In this document: in pieces, positions 1 through 13,574 of the stretch
Position numbering within the stretch: the first letter of the stretch is position 1
Layout of the letters: each line of letters opens with the position of its first letter
NCBI GenBank assembly: GCA_951406725.2
Contig: OX597833.1
Span: 38,626,001-38,690,000 of the forward strand
DNA: 64,000 bases
Reading direction: 5' to 3'
Source: Octopus vulgaris
Taxonomy: Eukaryota
Position numbers and translations under genes: made by a program
Notes under the pieces: model-generated
Seen by the model: the letters and a program-made list of their open reading frames with translations, nothing else
Databases searched by the model: none
Told to the model about the DNA's origin: nothing

Positions 1-127
1 GCCAGCATATTAAAAAATACCTTTAAAGGTTAAATTTATAAACAACTTATAAATAAGGGCAAACGAAAAAAATTTCTAATGCCAAACATGCCGAAATTAG
101 ACACATAGTCCATAACCATATATTTTA

Positions 128-400
128 TCACAATACACACGCTACTCGAAAAAGGTCGAGAGAAATTTCTAAAAAATTCCGAGACACTACAATGTTCATC
201 CTGATGCTGGAAATGTTCTTGCACCTCTCTTGCCCTTCTTGCTGAGAATCACCCATAAAATATATTTGAAGGAATTTTGGTGATTCATTTGAGAGAAGTA
301 GTAGAGAGTCAATCTGATGATAAATCTGACCGTGGACCTTGAAAGTTTGCATGAATCCTGGCTCAGTTATATCTCTTGTGGCTCCAAATCATATCGTTTT
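128..400 (-). mobile_element. Helitron Rep-domain N-terminal fragment (decayed)
   Basis: Minus strand reads FGATRDITEPGFMQTFKVHGQIYHQIDSLL..PKFLQIYF, matching the FKIxGQxYHxIGSL..PKFLQIYF motif of Helitron RepHel proteins. The frame is truncated. Confidence 0.8.
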
Positions 401-542
401 TTCCCCACTTCTTCATAGTTAAAAGCAAAGAAGCCAGAAAAGATCGATCGCATTACAGTCTAATTGTCGATTCAAATGACTGAGGCTTTCCTTCCTCTGG
501 CTCCATCGCTTCACTCCTTTTCTCTATGGTTAAGAGAGTGAA

Positions 543-855
543 GGTACGTAGCTCAATGGCTAGAGGTATTCGGCCAACGATCGTAAAATCATGAGTACAA
601 TTCCCGGTGGTGCGCTGTGTTCTTGAGCAAGATACTCTAATTCACCTTGCTGCAGTCCACTCAGCTGGCAAAAATTAGTTGTAGCTGTAATTGAAATGGG
701 CCAGCCTTGTCACATTCTGTGTGAGGCTGAATCTCCCTGAGAACTACATTATAGAATGTATGTCTGTGGAGTACTCAGCCATTTGTGCGTTAATTTTACG
801 AGTAGACTGTTCCGTTGATCAGATAAACAGGAACCACGTCGTCGTAAGCGATGGA
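543..855 (+). mobile_element. tRNA-derived SINE with CORE-like central region
   Basis: A-box-like GTAGCTCAATGG, then TCTTGAGCAAGATACT..CAGTCCACTCAGCTG. Related copies lie at about 1060-1205, 45500-45785 (-) and 63735-64000. Confidence 0.65.
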
Positions 856-1535
856 GTGTCATTTTTTAAAAAGAGTGAAAGGAAAGGAAATGTTCCATAT
901 CGTAAGGCAAAAAATATCAAGTGTTTAGTATAAACAGTGAAGGCTAAGACGAAATAATTGCGTTTCCGTTGTGTAGTGACTTCGCCTGGGACTCACTCTC
1001 AGTTTGATAACAACAGCCAGCACATCAGTGTTTATCTGGGGGCTTGGCCTCCAGATCTGTGAGACCCATAAATGCCAAAATGAGTTGTAGCTGTAATTGA
1101 AAGGGGCCAGCCTTGTCATATACTGTGTGAGGCTGAATCTCCCTGAGAACTATGCTAATGGTATGCATGTTTGTGGAGTACTCAGCCACTTGCGAGTTAA
1201 TTTTATCCTCGTGTGGTAATGAAAAGTGAAAGTGACTTCCAATATTTGCTGTAGTTATTTGTCTTTGATTTAACAATGTGTCTGTGTATCTATGTATCAA
1301 CTTTTCTTTCGATCTATGTATCTACTGTCCCTCTCACTTTCTCTCTTTCTCTCTCACTTCCTCTGTATCCCATCCCTCCTTTCTCCCGCTTTTAATTTAA
1401 CAATGTGTGTATGTATCTATGTATTTACTTTTCTTTCGATGTGTGCATTAGTCTACTCCGAAAATACTGATAAACATTTTACCTCTCCCTTCAACGGTAG
1501 AAAAGTAACAGTAACATCCACAGCTATTTGCTGAG

Positions 1536-1603
<68 letters not shown>

Positions 1604-1618
1604 TGTGTGTGTGTGTGT

Positions 1619-1668
<50 letters not shown>

Positions 1669-1984
1669 CAGACAGACAGAATTACTGTCAAACAGACAGA
1701 CAGACAGATAGATAGGCAACATATCTCTCTTCAACCTTTTCTTCCGTCAACCTGTGAAGTGTAACACATACCACAGATACGTACAAAAATAAAAACAAAA
1801 AAAACTAAGCGTATTAATATCATTGATAATAATAATTATGACGAAGGAGCATTAGCATTACCTTTAATTCACACACACACACATAATGAAGGAAGACTTT
1901 AATCAATTAGGTATTAAAAAAGGAGACAAACAAATCCCATCGTTTTTTTTGTGTCTTAAAAATTAAAAGGAATCATTTACTTAC

Positions 1985-2357
1985 ACTGAATGATTTTCCT
2001 TGACATTACTAATAACAGAGCCATTCCAAAATTGGCTGTAGTAACTCCATCCTGGGTGCTATGACCAATCCTAATGCCACGTGATTTAGCCCATTTAGTA
2101 TCAACACTATTGAAACCAATGCCAATGAAGGAAATAACTTTAAGGTTTACTAACTTCTCAAGTAATTCAAGGAATTGGTTTCTATTTAGGTCCGACTGTA
2201 CATACAAGCCAACAACCTTCTCACAGAGTGAAGGATTTTGTTCCAGTTCTTTGAGACTCACCACATTTTGTTTACGGAATACAACATTGAAGAAGAAGCT
2301 CTTAAAATCAGGCAATTTTTCATAAAGATGTTCACAAAAATTCACTACCAAAGCCAT
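1985..2357 (-). CDS. First coding exon of a D-isomer-specific 2-hydroxyacid dehydrogenase (glyoxylate/hydroxypyruvate reductase-like); gene continues past the left edge
   Basis: ORF reads LKVISFIGIGFNSVDTKWAKSRGIRIGH..TTANFGMALLLVMSRKI, resembling the substrate-binding domain consensus LKVISxxGVGYDxID..RGIxV.N...TAExAMALLLxxxRxI. Donor gtaagt follows 1985; acceptor ttacag lies 7 nt upstream of the ATG. Confidence 0.8.
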
Positions 2358-2744
2358 GATATTGCTGTAATTGAGAATAAAAAGTATTTCACAAACAACT
2401 GAAACGGCTGAACGAATAAGGAACTACATATAATAAAGGACCAATTTTTTTCTATATTAATATTTTCTGTCATACAAAATTAATAGACGTTCTATTTGGG
2501 AAATAACCTACGCTGCCTGACTGTCTTTTGAAATGAAATAAAATCTAACGATGTTTTGTGTTTTTTAAACCATAAAAACAAAGATAAAGAAAATTGTCAA
2601 CGATGTGAACTAGTTTTTAAGATATACTTCTTTACTTTTGAGTTGATTATACTTTATCACGAATAATATATTTTGGGACTGCAGACGTGATGGTACATAT
2701 TCACGATGTTTTATATTCTATCATCTTTCATTATATTTATTTTA

Positions 2745-4316
2745 GGATCTTTTCGATTTGAACGGCAGTTTTTAACATAATTTCTAGGTAACTAAAAAAT
2801 TTTAAACTTCGTATACTGGTAGAATCTCTCTCTATATAAACGGCAGTTTGTCTGTCTGTGTGTCTGTGTGTCTGTCAGGTTGTACCCTCACCCTGACCAC
2901 GGCTTTCAACCGATTCTGATGAAACTTGACACACACATAGCCCAATGTCATAATTCAAAACTAACGCAGCGAAAATTTTGAAAAGTTCGCCCAGTTCTGA
3001 AAAAAGTCAATAAATTCGACATGGGGTCGAGAATCTAAGTTTTTTATATGCAACACATTTTCTGTTGTAGTTTTCGCAACTTGCAATCGATTTTCACCAA
3101 ACTCATGGTGAAGCTTAATGTTACCCTGAGAAACTTAATTCTGACGTTAGTTTTCCATGCAATACCTTACCATCACAAAAAATCGATAAAATCATGCCAT
3201 TTTGGGAAATCGCGTTCAAATTCAAGATGACATATTTTCGTCAATATCTTTCACAAATTGGCAGGATTTTTTTTAAAATTCACAGCGACCATCATGTCTG
3301 CTACAAGGAGCTATATGGCCCTTTTTATTCCAATAGGATACTTTATTACTGGAAAAAATCGGTTAATTAAATCATATGTGGCACACATAACAAACCGATT
3401 TGTGTATTAAACACAAACCACAGACTGTCTAGGGGACGCAACTCGACCTTTTTAACTCTCGGAACACGTGGGGTAAGTATCCCAAGATGTATAAAAATGT
3501 ACAAAAACGGCAAAAAAGCGGGCAGCAATGTGAGTGACAACAACGAAAAAGTCAAAAGTGACCAAACTGAACAAACGAATGGAAAAGGTTTTTTGGTGCA
3601 CACGACAAAAGCGGTTTATAATAAACCAAGAGTTTGCAAGTAGCGTCCGAAGACCCTTAGGGTACGTCAAAAATTTAAGGTAAAACGTTTGGGGTGGTAG
3701 TTATAAAGAAAGTGTAAACAAAAAAAGTATTTGAATAACTTGCGGCTGCAGCAGCTATTAGCAGAAGTGGCGGTGTTGGGGGTAAAGTCTCGAATGTAAT
3801 TTCTTCCTGGTAGGAATTGGTTGGGTTGAATTATCGATAGCAGTTTGATAGTTCTTTGGGAGTGAAGAGAAGACATTGCAACCTACACATCCGCCTTCAT
3901 TCCCTAGAGGGAAAGGACTAGATTGGGATTAGTCGTTGCCTACTAGGGGCTCTTACATACCCGGGCAATGCCGGGCTGTGCTGCTAGTGTGTTTATAAAA
4001 CATCTTTTTCTCTTGGCTTTATTGAGAAAATTCTATAGTTTGTAAGATATTTGTTGTTTTTTTCTGCAATTTCAACCAATCAAATACGTCTATTGTGGTA
4101 AAAAACATTCTGTGCCGTATGAATATGTCCCTCGTTTAAGAAACAGATTGGGTTTATTTACTTTTCTGAAGAAAAAAAGATATCCTTCCCCCCCACCCCT
4201 AACCCTAACCCTAAAACAGATTGAAATGCAATAGATCGTAACTAGGGTCATAATTATGGGTGACAATTTCATATGATACCGCTAGAAAAAAACTGCCGTT
4301 CAAACCGAAAAGATCC
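2745..4316. mobile_element. Non-autonomous DNA transposon (MITE) with about 29-bp TIRs and 8-bp TSD, carrying a nested Helitron
   Basis: TIRs GGATCTTTTCGATTTGAACGGCAGTTTTT / AAAAACTGCCGTTCAAACCGAAAAGATCC. Direct repeat TTATTTTA at 2737-2744 and 4317-4324. Confidence 0.85.
2825..3987 (+). mobile_element. Non-autonomous Helitron
   Basis: 5' TC start followed by a (TCTG)n tract. 3' hairpin CCCGG-GCAATG-CCGGG, then CTAG. Inserted between A (2824) and T (3988) with no TSD. Confidence 0.85.
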
Positions 4317-4582
4317 TTATTTTAGTATATCCATGTTTGATACGATCCTTTATACATCTATATTAGATAAAATATATTCTCTTTGCTGACTGGAAAGTAA
4401 TCGTGTAATTTGTCATGGCGAATTTAACACGTGCATATCTGTATAAATGCTGGGTTCACACACATACTCACACACGTCGTCTGATATTTAATACTTCCCT
4501 TACAAGATTATCGTCAGACATCTTTCTAGACAGAGAATACTGACTACAATATGGAGGCGGGCAATCATCACAACGAACAAAA

Positions 4583-4840
<258 letters not shown>

Positions 4841-5698
4841 AAAACACGTACAAAATGGACAATCAGTAACATCCAATTCTTTTTTATACCAATTTTGAGT
4901 GAATGAAAGATCTTTTATATGGCCATTTGATCTGCTAGAAACGACAGTCAGATTCCCCTCAAATTATTCCATACCTTATTCACACAAATATAAGAACATA
5001 TCAAATAATGTGGTCATTGATATACAAATGGACGGTATATTTTTAGTTGTGGCTTTTAGATTTATGTAATAATTTAATAAAAAATTGTGGTAATTAGCCC
5101 TATTTTGTAGAGGTTTTCATCGTATCAGTAGTCAAAAAATACTTTTATTTTAAAATCTTCTTAGCTTACAGTTTAATGTATATGATATGAATAAGGAAGT
5201 GTAAAAGATTGCGAATGAGTTTAAAATGTCGCAGAGAAAAGTTGAGCCCCTAGCTTTACAAGATACGTACATCACATTTAAAGACCACTAGTCCAGTTTC
5301 GTTAACACTTTAACTGGACTCATTTAACCAACATTTTAGCAAACATATTTTAGGTAAGATACTACTAAAAATTATATCAGTGTTACATTTATCTCTATGG
5401 AAAAATTCTCATTCTGATTAAGCTTATACTAGCAGGTTTAACACTATTCCCAAGAAAACTACCAATTTCCGAACTCTGTTTATGAATGCTATCAATATCT
5501 GCAAATAAGCTTTCACAAATTACCACAGCAGAAATTAACGTAATGTATTTTCTGGCAAGCAATTCAAAATTTTCAGACCCAAATTTACAGACAGTATAAG
5601 TAAGTTGACTTACGTATCTACCAAGACGTGTTTGGAACATCAAAGATTCCTTTCAGAAACGAACGATTTGCTTTTCTCTCGCTCTCACACCATCAAAC

Positions 5699-5760
<62 letters not shown>

Positions 5761-6129
5761 TAACTATATGAAAATATTCATCCGCCATCTCCATTTAATC
5801 TTGCTAAAGCGTAATACTGCTGGTCATCAACTATAGCTACGCCCGAATATGTTAGGCAACATTCAATTGGCTAAATCTACATTATCTATAGATTAGCGCG
5901 ATCTAACCAAAAATGAACTAGTCGCCTTGATTTGATTTTCTTCATTATAGATAAACAGTCAATCACTAACCTCTCAGCAATTTCTACTCACTCACTCTCT
6001 GAGACAATACAAACGAAGGACAGATGCGTATTTTCACGGGACACATACATTTAATAAATTTACTGCCGTAGTCAATTTTTTAGAAATATTTTTTCACTGA
6101 AACAACTCTTCATTATCTTTGAACGGCGT

Positions 6130-6286
6130 ATGAGTGGCTGTGTTGTAAGTAGCTTGCTTACGAACCACATGGTTCCGGGTTCAGTCCCACTGCGTGGTAC
6201 CTTGGGCAAGTGTCTTCTACTATAGCTTCGGGCTGACCAAAGCCTTGTGAATGGGTTTGGTAGACGGAAACTGAAAGAAGCCCGTC

Positions 6287-6290
<4 letters not shown>
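6130..6290 (+). mobile_element. tRNA-derived SINE, 5' part (cephalopod OK/OR-like family)
   Basis: TGGCTGTGTTGTAAG..GGTTCAGTCCCACTGCGTGG..CTTGGGCAAGTGTCTTCTACTATAG. The same family recurs more than 8 times in the window. Confidence 0.75.
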
Positions 6291-6327
<37 letters not shown>

Positions 6328-6328
<1 letters not shown>

Positions 6329-7414
6329 TAGCATTAAAGACCCGTCGTTGCCGGGTCATAGAGCTAGTGCATGTATATATGTGTATATATTACATGTACA
6401 TCTATATATATACATCTACACATAAAATACAAAATACAAAGTTATATCTTGATATCGCTAGTGATAACAATACTCAAAATATATAACAGACTGGAATTGT
6501 TAGCCCGTCTCTTGTAATTTCGATCAATTGTATCTTGTCCTCCCTCTTGTATAGAAGTGTGGCTACAATCCAGCCTACCTTTACTTCTGGGTGGGGGGGC
6601 ATTAAAAATTGTTTTTGCGGGACATCCTACGTCCCAGATATAAAGGTAAAAATAAAATATTTCCACTTTGCAAGTTCGAGTCGAGTACTCCCTTGCACGC
6701 TCCGTTGACTCGAACCTTGCTTCTATTGTGGCGAATTTACCGCCTCTGATTAGATATCTTTCATAGTCCCACCAAGACACTTTTCAAAGGTGCTTTTCTC
6801 CATGTGTTCAAATCTTTTTTCTCTACATTGTATACTTTATAGACAATAGTCTTTTCTTTAATTTAATTTTTTATTATCCATCTGGACTATTCCATTTCTG
6901 CACGCTAATTTTATTTTTAATTTATTCCCATTCGTGTGAAACCACTTATTCAAGTTCAAGTCATTGATGCAATTTTATACCAATTGCTATTTTTACTTTT
7001 GTTATGTTACGATTATATTATATTTTAGTTTGATTTTGATTATTACTTACTACATATAATTCAATTGTTATTATTATTTTTATTGTTAAAGTGAAAGTAT
7101 CTGACATAAAATAGAGAAACGTTTTTGTTTCACTTTTAACACGTAATACTGAAATAGTGGAGAAGATATGATATTGCTATGGGCTCGCTCTAGGCAGGAA
7201 GTTGAAAATTTTTTTTGCCCATGAAACTACATGGACCCTAAGTAAGGGATGTGTAAAATTTGAATGAAATTGGTTGTGTAGTTCTCAAGTTTTAGGGAAT
7301 CGTAGTGGAGAAGATATGATATTGCTATGGGCTCGCCCTAGGCAAAAAGTTAAGTAGTTCTCAAGTTTTAGGGAAACACACAGACAGACACACATTCTCA
7401 GTTTTATATATATA
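6328..7414 (-). mobile_element. Non-autonomous Helitron
   Basis: Minus-strand 3' end GACCCGGCAACGACGGGTC..CTAG at 6328. The 5' end is TATATATAAAACTGAGAATGTGTGTCTGTCTG-like near 7414. Confidence 0.7.
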
Positions 7415-7472
7415 CTAGCAGAAATACCCGGCGTTGCCCGGTTACATTCAATTGAAGAATTAGACTTTTCTG

Positions 7473-7548
<76 letters not shown>

Positions 7549-8081
7549 ATACACACACACACACATATATATAAATACATGAAAGTACATGAAGTTTGTT
7601 AAAAAAAGGGGATCATGTATATACCTCCTGGCTGTTGAGATTATAACACCTCGTTGTAAACAATGTTCCTTGTTTTTCCTTGTGGAAAAAGGTTTCTCTT
7701 GAGCAGCCAACATACAGTTGCCCATGAGAGAAGCAGGGCTCTTCCAAGAGAAGACCAGCTACAGAGAGGGTTTGACCCTGAGATTTGTTGATGGACATGG
7801 CAAAGCTGACACGAAGGGGGAATTGCAGTCTTCTGAATGTAAATGGGAATTTCTGCTCCAGATGGAGTAAGAGGAAATCTTGGAATAAAGACGTCATCAG
7901 CTTTTCCACATCCAGAAAGAATGATCGCCTCGATAATGTGTGACATAATTTTCTTTATCACCAGTCGTGTTCCACTGCAAAGTCTTGGTGGTTCCAGATT
8001 GCGGAATAGCATTACAAGAGTTCCAACTTTAAGTGCTAATATGTGTAGAGGTAGTCCAGGAGGCTCCAGTGAATTGAGAAA
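7415..8081 (-). mobile_element. Helitron 3' part with frameshifted PIF1-like helicase C-terminus
   Basis: LKVGTLVMLFRNL..LCSGTRL, FRRLQFPLRVSFAMSINKSQGQTL..CFSHGQLYVGCSR and TRNIVYNEVL* across frameshifts. 3' hairpin CCCGGGCAACGCCGGG plus CTAG at 7415. Confidence 0.9.
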
Positions 8082-8084
8082 TTA

Positions 8085-8433
8085 CACCACCACCACCACC
8101 ACCACCACTGTGACCGTCACCACCACTGTCACCGTCACCACCACTGTCACCGTCACCATAACCACCACCGCCACCACCACCGTCACCACCACCACCACCG
8201 TCGCCATCACCACCACCGTCACCATCACCACCGTCGTCACCACCACCACCACCACCACCACCACCACCACCACCACCACCACCACCACCACCACCGTCAC
8301 CACCACCACCACCGCCACCACCACCGTCACCACCACCACCACCACTGTCACCATCACCACCACCGTCACCATCACCACCGTCGTCACTACCGCCACCACA
8401 ACCGTCACCACCACCACCACCACCACCACCACC

Positions 8434-8465
<32 letters not shown>

Positions 8466-8600
8466 CAACAACAGCAGCAGCAGCAACGATATCGTCGTTT
8501 TGCCGTCTACCATAACTGTCAACAACAACACCACTACTACAACCTCAACCACTACAAGTGACACCAACACTACCACCAACACTACCACCAACACTACCAC
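8085..8600. repeat. (ACC)n-rich degenerate microsatellite
   Basis: Read directly; it produces the poly-Thr and poly-Val ORFs. Confidence 0.95.
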
Positions 8601-9044
8601 CAAAAACAAATCCAATTTTGCACAAGCGTTAAAAATAAAAAAAGACAATACTAAACTTCAAAAGTTTGTGTTCGGATAATATTTTTTATATAAAAGTTGT
8701 GCAACAGCTAAAGCATTCGGTTGTGCAAATTCTTTGCACGGGAAACCTTCCCTGTGTGACGTGTTTCCCCATTTTGTAGAAACTGCTTTCGGCTTTCTTA
8801 GCCATTTCTGTTTTGGCGACTTCAAAGCCATGAAGTCGTCGTTCTAAAAGAAGGCGGGTCTCCTTGACAACGCATACGACGTTGATTTCCTTACCCTGCC
8901 TTCACCACAGCTTCATGAAGGGGGAAGGAAGGGGAGGAGCAACACAGGTGCAGGAGCGAGCATGGACGCCAACTCCGCCACCGACACACGACGAATTGGA
9001 AGAACCCAGACGACAGCTTCACAGTCAAAGGACAACTCTGCCAC

Positions 9045-9330
9045 AAACACCACCACCATAACCACGACAACCAACACTACCACCACCACCACCACCACCA
9101 CCACTACCACCACCACCACCACCACCACCACCACTACCACTACCACCATGACCACCACCACCATCACCACTACCACCATGACCACCACCACCACCACCAC
9201 CACCGCCGCCGCCATAACCACCACCACCGCCGCCGCTTCCACCACCACCACCACCACCACCGCCGCCGCCACCACCGCCACCACCACCGCCACCACCACC
9301 ACCACCACCACCGCCGCCGCTGCCACAGCC
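9045..9330. repeat. (ACC/GCC)n microsatellite
   Basis: Read directly from the sequence. Confidence 0.95.
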
Positions 9331-10365
9331 ACCTTCGCCGTCGCGAAGTGTGTGTTTGTGTCTAACATACATACGTCTGTGTGTTTTTGTGTCTGTGTTT
9401 GAACCTCACCGCTGCTTGACAACCGGTGCTCGTGTGTTTACCTCCTCGTATCTTAGCCGTTCGGCAAAAGAGACCGATAGAAACTAGTAGAAGATAAGAT
9501 ATAAAAAGATGAACGGGAAGCTGAGCAAAATCATAATTCTAAAACCCAACAAGTACCGAAGTGAAGAATTCAAAACCTTTCTTTGTAGAAATAAGCACCA
9601 TGAGACGCAGTTTTCTCTATTCGCTTTCTCAGTCATCGTCTGACGTAGAATTTTCCAAGTTCTTCCTCTCAATATATTTCTCGACGTTGCTCCACGATTT
9701 CGTGATCTTTGACCAATTACGACTATATTTACGATGTGTCCTAATGTCCTGTTACATGACGAAAAAACTTCGTTTTCCACTTTTTTGTTAATTGATAGAA
9801 GAGTTTCGTGGTTCACAGCTTACAATAAACGTTTCCAATATCTGAAAGTCAAGGCTTATTTTATTTCCATCTATTTATATTTAAGCCTGTTAAATTGTAT
9901 GAAATAGTTATAAGCATGCTTCTGACAAGAGTTACCTCCCTTCACATACGGATTAAAATTTTTAGGTTGCTGGGTTATACAAGGGACATAACTCTGAAAG
10001 TTATTTCTATACGCTAAAATACAAAGTGATATTTATATCAACAAAACACATAATTAATCTCTCTAGATAACTGATTAACAATTTCAAAAGATGGACTCAT
10101 GTATCTATGGAATAAATTAGCTTTAGTCTCTGAAGCCAAGTCTCAATAGCTTGTAAAGATACGGACTAACCATTCTAGTAAACACCATTCACTGTTCTTT
10201 ATGTACAAATATACGAAAAAGGAAATTAAAAGTCAAATAATGCCTGTTCTTCCACTTAACTTTAATTTATAAAGAGATTCTCTCCCCTTTAATAGTAACT
10301 CTCCACTAAAGGCTAACTACTCGTTCAATAAAGTCCAGTATAAAATGTATGCACGTTCTTGTCAA

Positions 10366-10438
10366 GTCCCTGTAGCGCAGGGGATAGCGCGCTGGACTTC
10401 TAATCCAGAGGTCGTGGGTTCGAATCCCACCAGGGATG
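10366..10438 (+). tRNA. tRNA-Arg(TCT), intronless, copy 1
   Basis: 73-nt cloverleaf: GTCCCTG/CAGGGAT acceptor stem, GCGC/GCGC D-stem, CTGGA-CTTCTAA-TCCAG anticodon arm, GTGGG-TTCGAAT-CCCAC T-arm. Long oligo-T terminator from 10442. Confidence 0.97.
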
Positions 10439-10734
10439 ATGTTTTTTTTTTTTTTTTTTGTAGTATGCGAGTAGAAAGTTTTCCCTCGAGCAACTATTTG
10501 GTTTTCCCTGTCTATTGGCGATCGGTTGTTTAACACTGCGGGAGTGAAGCGAAATTTAACTACTGAGTAAGGACATTTTTTTTTTACAATTTTTATTATA
10601 AGCGCAGGCGTGGTTAAGAGACTTGTGTCCCAACTATGTGGTCTAAGGTCACTCCCATTTGCAGCAACTAAAGATCAGGGCCGACAAAAGTCTTGTGAGT
10701 GGACTTCGTAGACGGAAACTGAAAGAATCCCGTC

Positions 10735-10736
<2 letters not shown>

Positions 10737-10765
<29 letters not shown>

Positions 10766-10990
10766 TGTATGTATGTATGTATGTATGTATGTATGTATGT
10801 ATGTATGTATGTATGTATGTATGTATGTATGTATGTATGTATGTATGTATGTATGTATGTATGTATGTATGTATGTATGTATGTATGTATGTATGTATGT
10901 ATGTATGTATGTATGTATGTATGTATGTATGTATGTATGTATGTATGTATGTATGTATGTATGTATGTATGTATGTATGTATGTATGTAT
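10737..10990. repeat. (ATGT)n tetranucleotide microsatellite, about 63 units, following a SINE head
   Basis: Read directly from the sequence. Confidence 0.97.
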
Positions 10991-11010
10991 GGATGTATGC
11001 ATGCATGCAT

Positions 11011-12173
11011 GTGTGATTAAATTAATGAGTAAGGTTAATATTTATAATGAATTTGTCATTTTCGATGGGTGTGTAGCGCAGTCGGAGGAAAGACCTCCTT
11101 TTGTACACGCTCTTTTTTTTTTTTTTTACAGAAACCCTCGTTTTCGGGTACGGAGATTACGAATCTGAAAAAGAGAAAATAGCAAAAATCAGCATTTCAA
11201 AATTTTAATCCCCTTCCTCACCCCACTTTCTTCATTTTTGAGACTTTTTTCAGAATTTTTTCTTTTTTTTTACAAAATATATGGAAAAATATGGAGATTA
11301 TGATTCTGAAAAGATTTTCCAAAAAGTTTTGTAAAATTGCAATTAAAAAAATAATAATAATAATAACCCGCCCCACTCCCCTCGCAGTCTACGGCATAAA
11401 CACGAAGTTTGGAAACCCTTTTCGCCATTGCACATGCGTTGACTGATACGCTAAAGGTGAAACTTTGGAAGTGGTGTAGTGATGGGTGGGCGATATGGGG
11501 AAAAGATTTTTGGAAATTGTGTTTTTAATTTTTCGGTTATAAAATGCGGATGGTTCGATTCTGTCGTTCGCTTCTCTTTATGATTTCCAAATAACTTCTT
11601 ATATACTTCGAAATCAAAATTGGGCGCACATGCCGGAGAAGTAACCCACCCGCTCCCGTACATTAAATAAGCCTTCAAGCAGTCTATTCACATGCTAGAA
11701 ATAACAGCCAATTCTCACACAAACTCTTTTTCGCACATATTTTTTTGATGAAATTGTTTTACAAATATGCTTCATATGGCCTAGAAGTCGATTGGGGATG
11801 AGTTTCGACGAAAATACCATACTGGCCGGCTTTGTTTCTTAGCGATATAATTTCAGAGAAATTTTCCGCTGTAAAAATACTTATTATAAAAAAGTTGAAA
11901 TAAAATGTTATTGCCAGGAACTCGGGCTGCTAGTGCAAACAAATGTGTTGCCCATCTTGTAAAACAAGATTGAAATTTTGAAATGCCGATTTTTGCCATT
12001 TTCTTATTTTCAGATTCGTAATCTCCGTACCCGAAAACGAAGGTTTCTGTAAAAAAAAAAAAAAAAAAAATCGAGGGGTACAAAAGGAAGTCTTTCCTCC
12101 GACTGCGCTACACACCCATCGAAAATGGCAAATTCATTATAAATATTAACCTTACTCATTGATTCAATCACAC
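11011..12173. mobile_element. Foldback / non-autonomous DNA element with about 200-bp inverted arms
   Basis: 11011-11210 is the reverse complement of 11968-12173 (e.g. TTTTCGATGGGTGTGTAGCGCAGTCGGAGGAAAGAC). No clear TSD; the left end abuts the ATGT array. Confidence 0.75.
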
Positions 12174-12651
12174 ACGCACAAAATTTCCAAAATGAAGTGG
12201 GCCGGAAAATCTCACTCAGAGCGCAGGTTTCAGTGCAACAAGAAAAGTTGTAAGAAGTCGGCGAAAAACCAAATACCACTTCGGAAAGGAACTTGGTTTG
12301 GCCATAGCAATTTGTCTGGCAAAAATTAAAATAAAGTGTTAATTTTTTTTTTTATAACTGAAAGTGTTGAAAATTTCCAAAGCGTTTTCTTTTTTTTTTT
12401 TTAACAAAATGAAACTTGAAAGGGCATTTACAAAAAATGTGAGTACCGAAATAACATTCAAATCCCCAACAAACTCTCTTCACGCATCTGTATGTGATGT
12501 ATATACAACACGAATTCGTTGAAAATATCAATGAAATTTCATGTTACATACCGTTGGAATTTATGGGGAATAAAGCTCGGAATAATGTTTTCAACATTGT
12601 ATTCGGGAATCACTGTATTCCATTTCGAAATTTCGCGCATGTTCTTGTCAA

Positions 12652-12724
12652 GTCCCTGTAGCGCAGGGGATAGCGCGCTGGACTTCTAATCCAGAGGTCG
12701 TGGGTTCGAATCCCACCAGGGATG
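12652..12724 (+). tRNA. tRNA-Arg(TCT), intronless, copy 2
   Basis: Identical to copy 1; T7 terminator at 12731. Confidence 0.97.
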
Positions 12725-13209
12725 ATGTTATTTTTTTGTAGTATGCGAGTAGAAAGTTTTCCCTCGAGCAATTTCAGAACAAGAAACAATGAAAGGGAAA
12801 TCTGTTGACCCAACAATACAAAAAGAAAAAACAAAGAAGACAAAACAAATGAACACTTTCCTGTAACTTTCTGCTACACATTAATCGCGACAAAATAATG
12901 GGGGAAAATATGTGATCAATCAAATCATTTTTCTGCAAAGATTTATATCAGAGAAGTTCACACGATCCGATTCCCCACCTCATAACTTTAAAGAAAATGG
13001 ATATATTTTATTGAAATTTTGCATAACACTTTATTGTTTGACTGCGGCCATGCTGGAACACTGCCTTTAGTCGAGCAAATCGGTCCCAAGACTTATTCTT
13101 TGTAAGCCTAGTACTTATTCTATTGGTCTTCTTTTGCCGAACCGCTAAGTTACGGGGAAGTAGACACACCGACATCGGTTGTCAAGCGATGTTGGGACAC
13201 GCACACACA

Positions 13210-13256
<47 letters not shown>

Positions 13257-13574
13257 ACATACATACGTACACACACGCGCGCGCGCGCACACACACACAT
13301 ATATGTATGCGTGCGTGTGTGTGTGTAAAATTCTAGCTTTTGGTGGCCTTGAAGAGGTTAGAAGCTCCGTGAAAAATCAAGGCTTATTTCATTCTCATTT
13401 AATATCATTTATTTCGGAGTTATATTGACCAGGCAACTAATTTTATTTGACACCGTGTTTCGAAACCAAAACAAAACAAAATTTGGAAGACCCACATATT
13501 AGCCAATCGAAAACTCACCCAATGACTGTTATCTTCGCTAAGATATTTATTAGTTGGTGTGAAGATGAAATTTT

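Noticed and set aside
7843-9422. Long poly-Thr/Val/Gly ORFs (mucin-like)
   Set aside because: They are translations of (ACC)n microsatellites, and the 5' part is antisense to a Helitron helicase.
10659-11168. MYVC/HTYI repeat proteins
   Set aside because: Translations of the (ATGT)n microsatellite.
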